Positions 26,333-28,090 of a stretch of 28,090 nt of DNA are shown here, piece by piece; positions within the stretch are counted from its first letter, which is position 1, and each line of letters starts with the position of its first letter. The stretch comes from an archaeon (GTDB lineage: Archaea > Iainarchaeota > Iainarchaeia > Iainarchaeales > GCA-2688035). The translations under genes were made by a program, and so were the position numbers. The notes beneath the pieces were generated by a model. The model was not told the DNA's origin, searched no databases, and worked only from the letters and a program-made list of their open reading frames with translations. The DNA is taken from the NCBI GenBank assembly GCA_035290965.1, contig DATDTD010000081.1:1-28090 (forward strand), given 5' to 3'.

Positions 26333-27079
26333 ATGAAGCTTGTACTCGAGAATGCCGGCTCTTTTCAGAAATGCATTGATGCTATTTCAGTCCTGATTGA
26401 CGAGGCGGAATTCGTCCTTGACGAAAACAGGCTTTCCCTCAAGGCAACAGACCCTTCCCAGATTTCAATGATTGATTTTGTGCTTGACAAAAAAGCCTTC
26501 AAGGAATACGATGTAAAGGAAAAAACAAAGATCGGCGTTGATTTGAGTTATTTCGGGCAGATAATGAGCCGCGCAAAATCCGACGATACCCTTGTCCTTG
26601 AGCTTGATTCAGACAAGAGCGTTCTGAACGTTACTTTTGAGGGGGCTTCCACAAGGCATTTTCAGATTCCATTGATTGACATTTCCACTGCGGAGCTTCC
26701 CAATCCAAAAATAGAGTTTGACGCCCAGGTAAAAATAAAGGCAGGCTTATTGCAGGACGCATTGAAGGATGCGGCCCTGATAAGCACGCATGTTTCTCTT
26801 GGCGCGCTTTCTGATTATTTTTTTGTAAAGGCGAATTCAAGCAAGGGCAACCTGAACAACCGCACGAAAAAAGACGGAAAAAACCTTATCGAGTTAAAGG
26901 CAAAAAAGGATTCCACAAGCATGTTTCCTGCGGATTATTTGCAGGACATGCTGAGGGCGCCTTCCTCTGATTCAGAAGTAGAACTGGAACTCAAAAGCAA
27001 TGCCCCTGTGCAGATAAAATACAGCATTGGCGCGGCAAAGATAACCTATTTCCTTGCTCCGAGAATTGAAAGCGACTGA
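26333..27079 (+). CDS. pcn: DNA polymerase sliding clamp PCNA.
   Basis: MKLVLENAGSFQKCIDAISVLIDEAEFVLDENRLSLKATDPSQISMIDF...GAAKITYFLAPRIESD is full-length archaeal PCNA. The track's upstream GTG at 26324 is less likely than the ATG at 26333. Confidence 0.85.
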   Translation: MKLVLENAGSFQKCIDAISVLIDEAEFVLDENRLSLKATDPSQISMIDFVLDKKAFKEYDVKEKTKIGVDLSYFGQIMSRAKSDDTLVLELDSDKSVLNVTFEGASTRHFQIPLIDISTAELPNPKIEFDAQVKIKAGLLQDALKDAALISTHVSLGALSDYFFVKANSSKGNLNNRTKKDGKNLIELKAKKDSTSMFPADYLQDMLRAPSSDSEVELELKSNAPVQIKYSIGAAKITYFLAPRIESD

Positions 27080-27138
27080 ATTAAACTTTTTGTTTTCTTT
27101 CGGGCTGTTTTTTCCTGCTTTTTCCGGAAGAGGGCTTT

Positions 27139-28090
27139 TCATCCTGTTTTTGTTTTTTCCGCAAGCGCGTTTTTCTTTGCCCTTGCCCAGCGGAAAAAGC
27201 CCAGCATTTTGTGTTCAACAGGAAAGGCAAAAAACCTGTTTTTCCAGCGCCATAAGGCGGTTTCGTGAAAAACCTTGTGCAATAATCCGAGCTGTTTTAT
27301 GTGCTTTTTTTTGTAATAATCGCATGCATACGGAAAAATAAAGTCCATTAATTGCTGTGCAATCGCATAATTCTTTTTTGAAACCCAGGGCACATTGTTA
27401 GCAACTATTTCAAAATTTGCCCATTCCTCGAGGCTGCCCGGGCTTTTGAAGCCGCATTTTTTGCTTGTTTCAAACAGCGGGTTTCCTGGATAGGGCGTGT
27501 AAACGAACAAAAGTATTGCATGGTATTTTTTTTCGGGCAGGCTTTTTTCAAGCATTTCAAGGATATCCCGAATTTCTTTTTTTACCCCGGCTTCGGATTT
27601 TTTTTTGTCCAGATAATCCGGATGCTTCGGAATGCCGACCATTAAGGAAAAAACAACCTCTATATTGTGTTCCCTTGCAGTATTGCTGAATTTTACTGTG
27701 TCTTCCGGAGAAGTGTCTTTTCCAACCAGGTCAAGCATTTCCTGGCTGCCGGATTCCGCGCCTATGAGAATGCTTTTGCAGCCGCTCTTTTCCATCAAAG
27801 CCCAGAGTTTTTTGTCAAACATAAGCAATTGCCGGGTTCTGCCGTTTGCATCCCCCCACTGTATTTTCCATTTTTTTTTGATTATTCCCCTGCAGAAGCT
27901 GCGCACTCTTTCCCTGTCGACAAAAAAATTGCTGTCATTGAAGCCGAAAAATTCTATGTTGTGCTTTTCAACAAGGTATTCCATCTGCTTCAGCACGCGT
28001 TCTGCTTTCAGGCCGAACCATTTTCTCTTTGAAAGAATGGGCTCGACGCAGAAGCCGCACCTGTGCGGGCAGCCGTAGGAGCCGCACAGA
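27139..28090 (-). CDS. Radical SAM protein, probably the B12-binding class. Partial: the N-terminus lies beyond the window end.
   Basis: Hand translation of the reverse complement of 28090..27997 gives LCGSYGCPHRCGFCVEPILSKRKWFGLKAERVLKQ, continuous with the tracked ORF, so the track start at 27996 is not the real start. CPHRCGFC is the CxxxCxxC [4Fe-4S] motif, at 28048..28071. A downstream GAESGSQEML glycine-rich SAM motif is present. Confidence 0.8.
   Translation of the reverse strand, partial: LCGSYGCPHRCGFCVEPILSKRKWFGLKAERVLKQMEYLVEKHNIEFFGFNDSNFFVDRERVRSFCRGIIKKKWKIQWGDANGRTRQLLMFDKKLWALMEKSGCKSILIGAESGSQEMLDLVGKDTSPEDTVKFSNTAREHNIEVVFSLMVGIPKHPDYLDKKKSEAGVKKEIRDILEMLEKSLPEKKYHAILLFVYTPYPGNPLFETSKKCGFKSPGSLEEWANFEIVANNVPWVSKKNYAIAQQLMDFIFPYACDYYKKKHIKQLGLLHKVFHETALWRWKNRFFAFPVEHKMLGFFRWARAKKNALAEKTKTG

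Noticed and set aside
1-28090. Search for CRISPR arrays, rRNA or tRNA genes.
   Set aside because: There are no spaced direct repeats of 25-40 nt, and no intergenic segment long or structured enough to be a tRNA or rRNA. The intergenic regions are short, AT-rich promoter or terminator tracts. An intron-containing tRNA cannot be fully excluded without tRNAscan.

Overview
This is an AT-rich archaeal window. Archaeal-type PheS/PheT, PCNA, a membrane-anchored LonB, Sec11-type signal peptidase, Csl4, RpoL, Nob1 and RNase Z are all present. Leaderless genes with TATA boxes about 27-30 nt upstream of the ATG suggest a small-genome DPANN-like archaeon. Housekeeping genes are interleaved with accessory material. 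The ORF track omits two edge-truncated genes that I found by hand translation. One is pheT on the minus strand at 1..1390. The other is a radical-SAM gene whose CxxxCxxC motif sits at 28048..28071 and which runs off the right edge.

The most interesting locus is 13428..17859, where the Lon protease gene is fractured. The N-terminal half of Lon (Walker A plus membrane hairpin) is fused to an N-terminal intein half carrying splicing blocks A and B, then a stop and a T8 tract. A free-standing double-motif LAGLIDADG homing endonuclease gene follows, with its own SD and ATG. After it comes a convergent four-TM membrane ORF on the opposite strand. Last comes a separate gene beginning with a 41-aa C-terminal intein half (blocks F/G, ending HN|S) fused to the rest of Lon (Walker B and the Ser-Lys protease domain). 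The three plus-strand pieces lie in three different frames. This fits a split-intein trans-splicing 'fractured gene' arrangement far better than a contiguous intein.

Other notable items are listed below.
- A 1068-aa secreted, C-terminally anchored protein with about 14 tandem four-cysteine modules of roughly 30 aa.
- An AbiEii/AbiEi-like pair in reversed gene order, behind a perfect 10-bp inverted repeat that brackets its TATA box.
- A divergent PIN/wHTH pair.
- A tandem excisionase-type HTH protein downstream of rnz.
- A GC-rich ORF with a sigma-70 region-4-like C-terminal HTH.

No CRISPR array, rRNA or convincing tRNA was seen.
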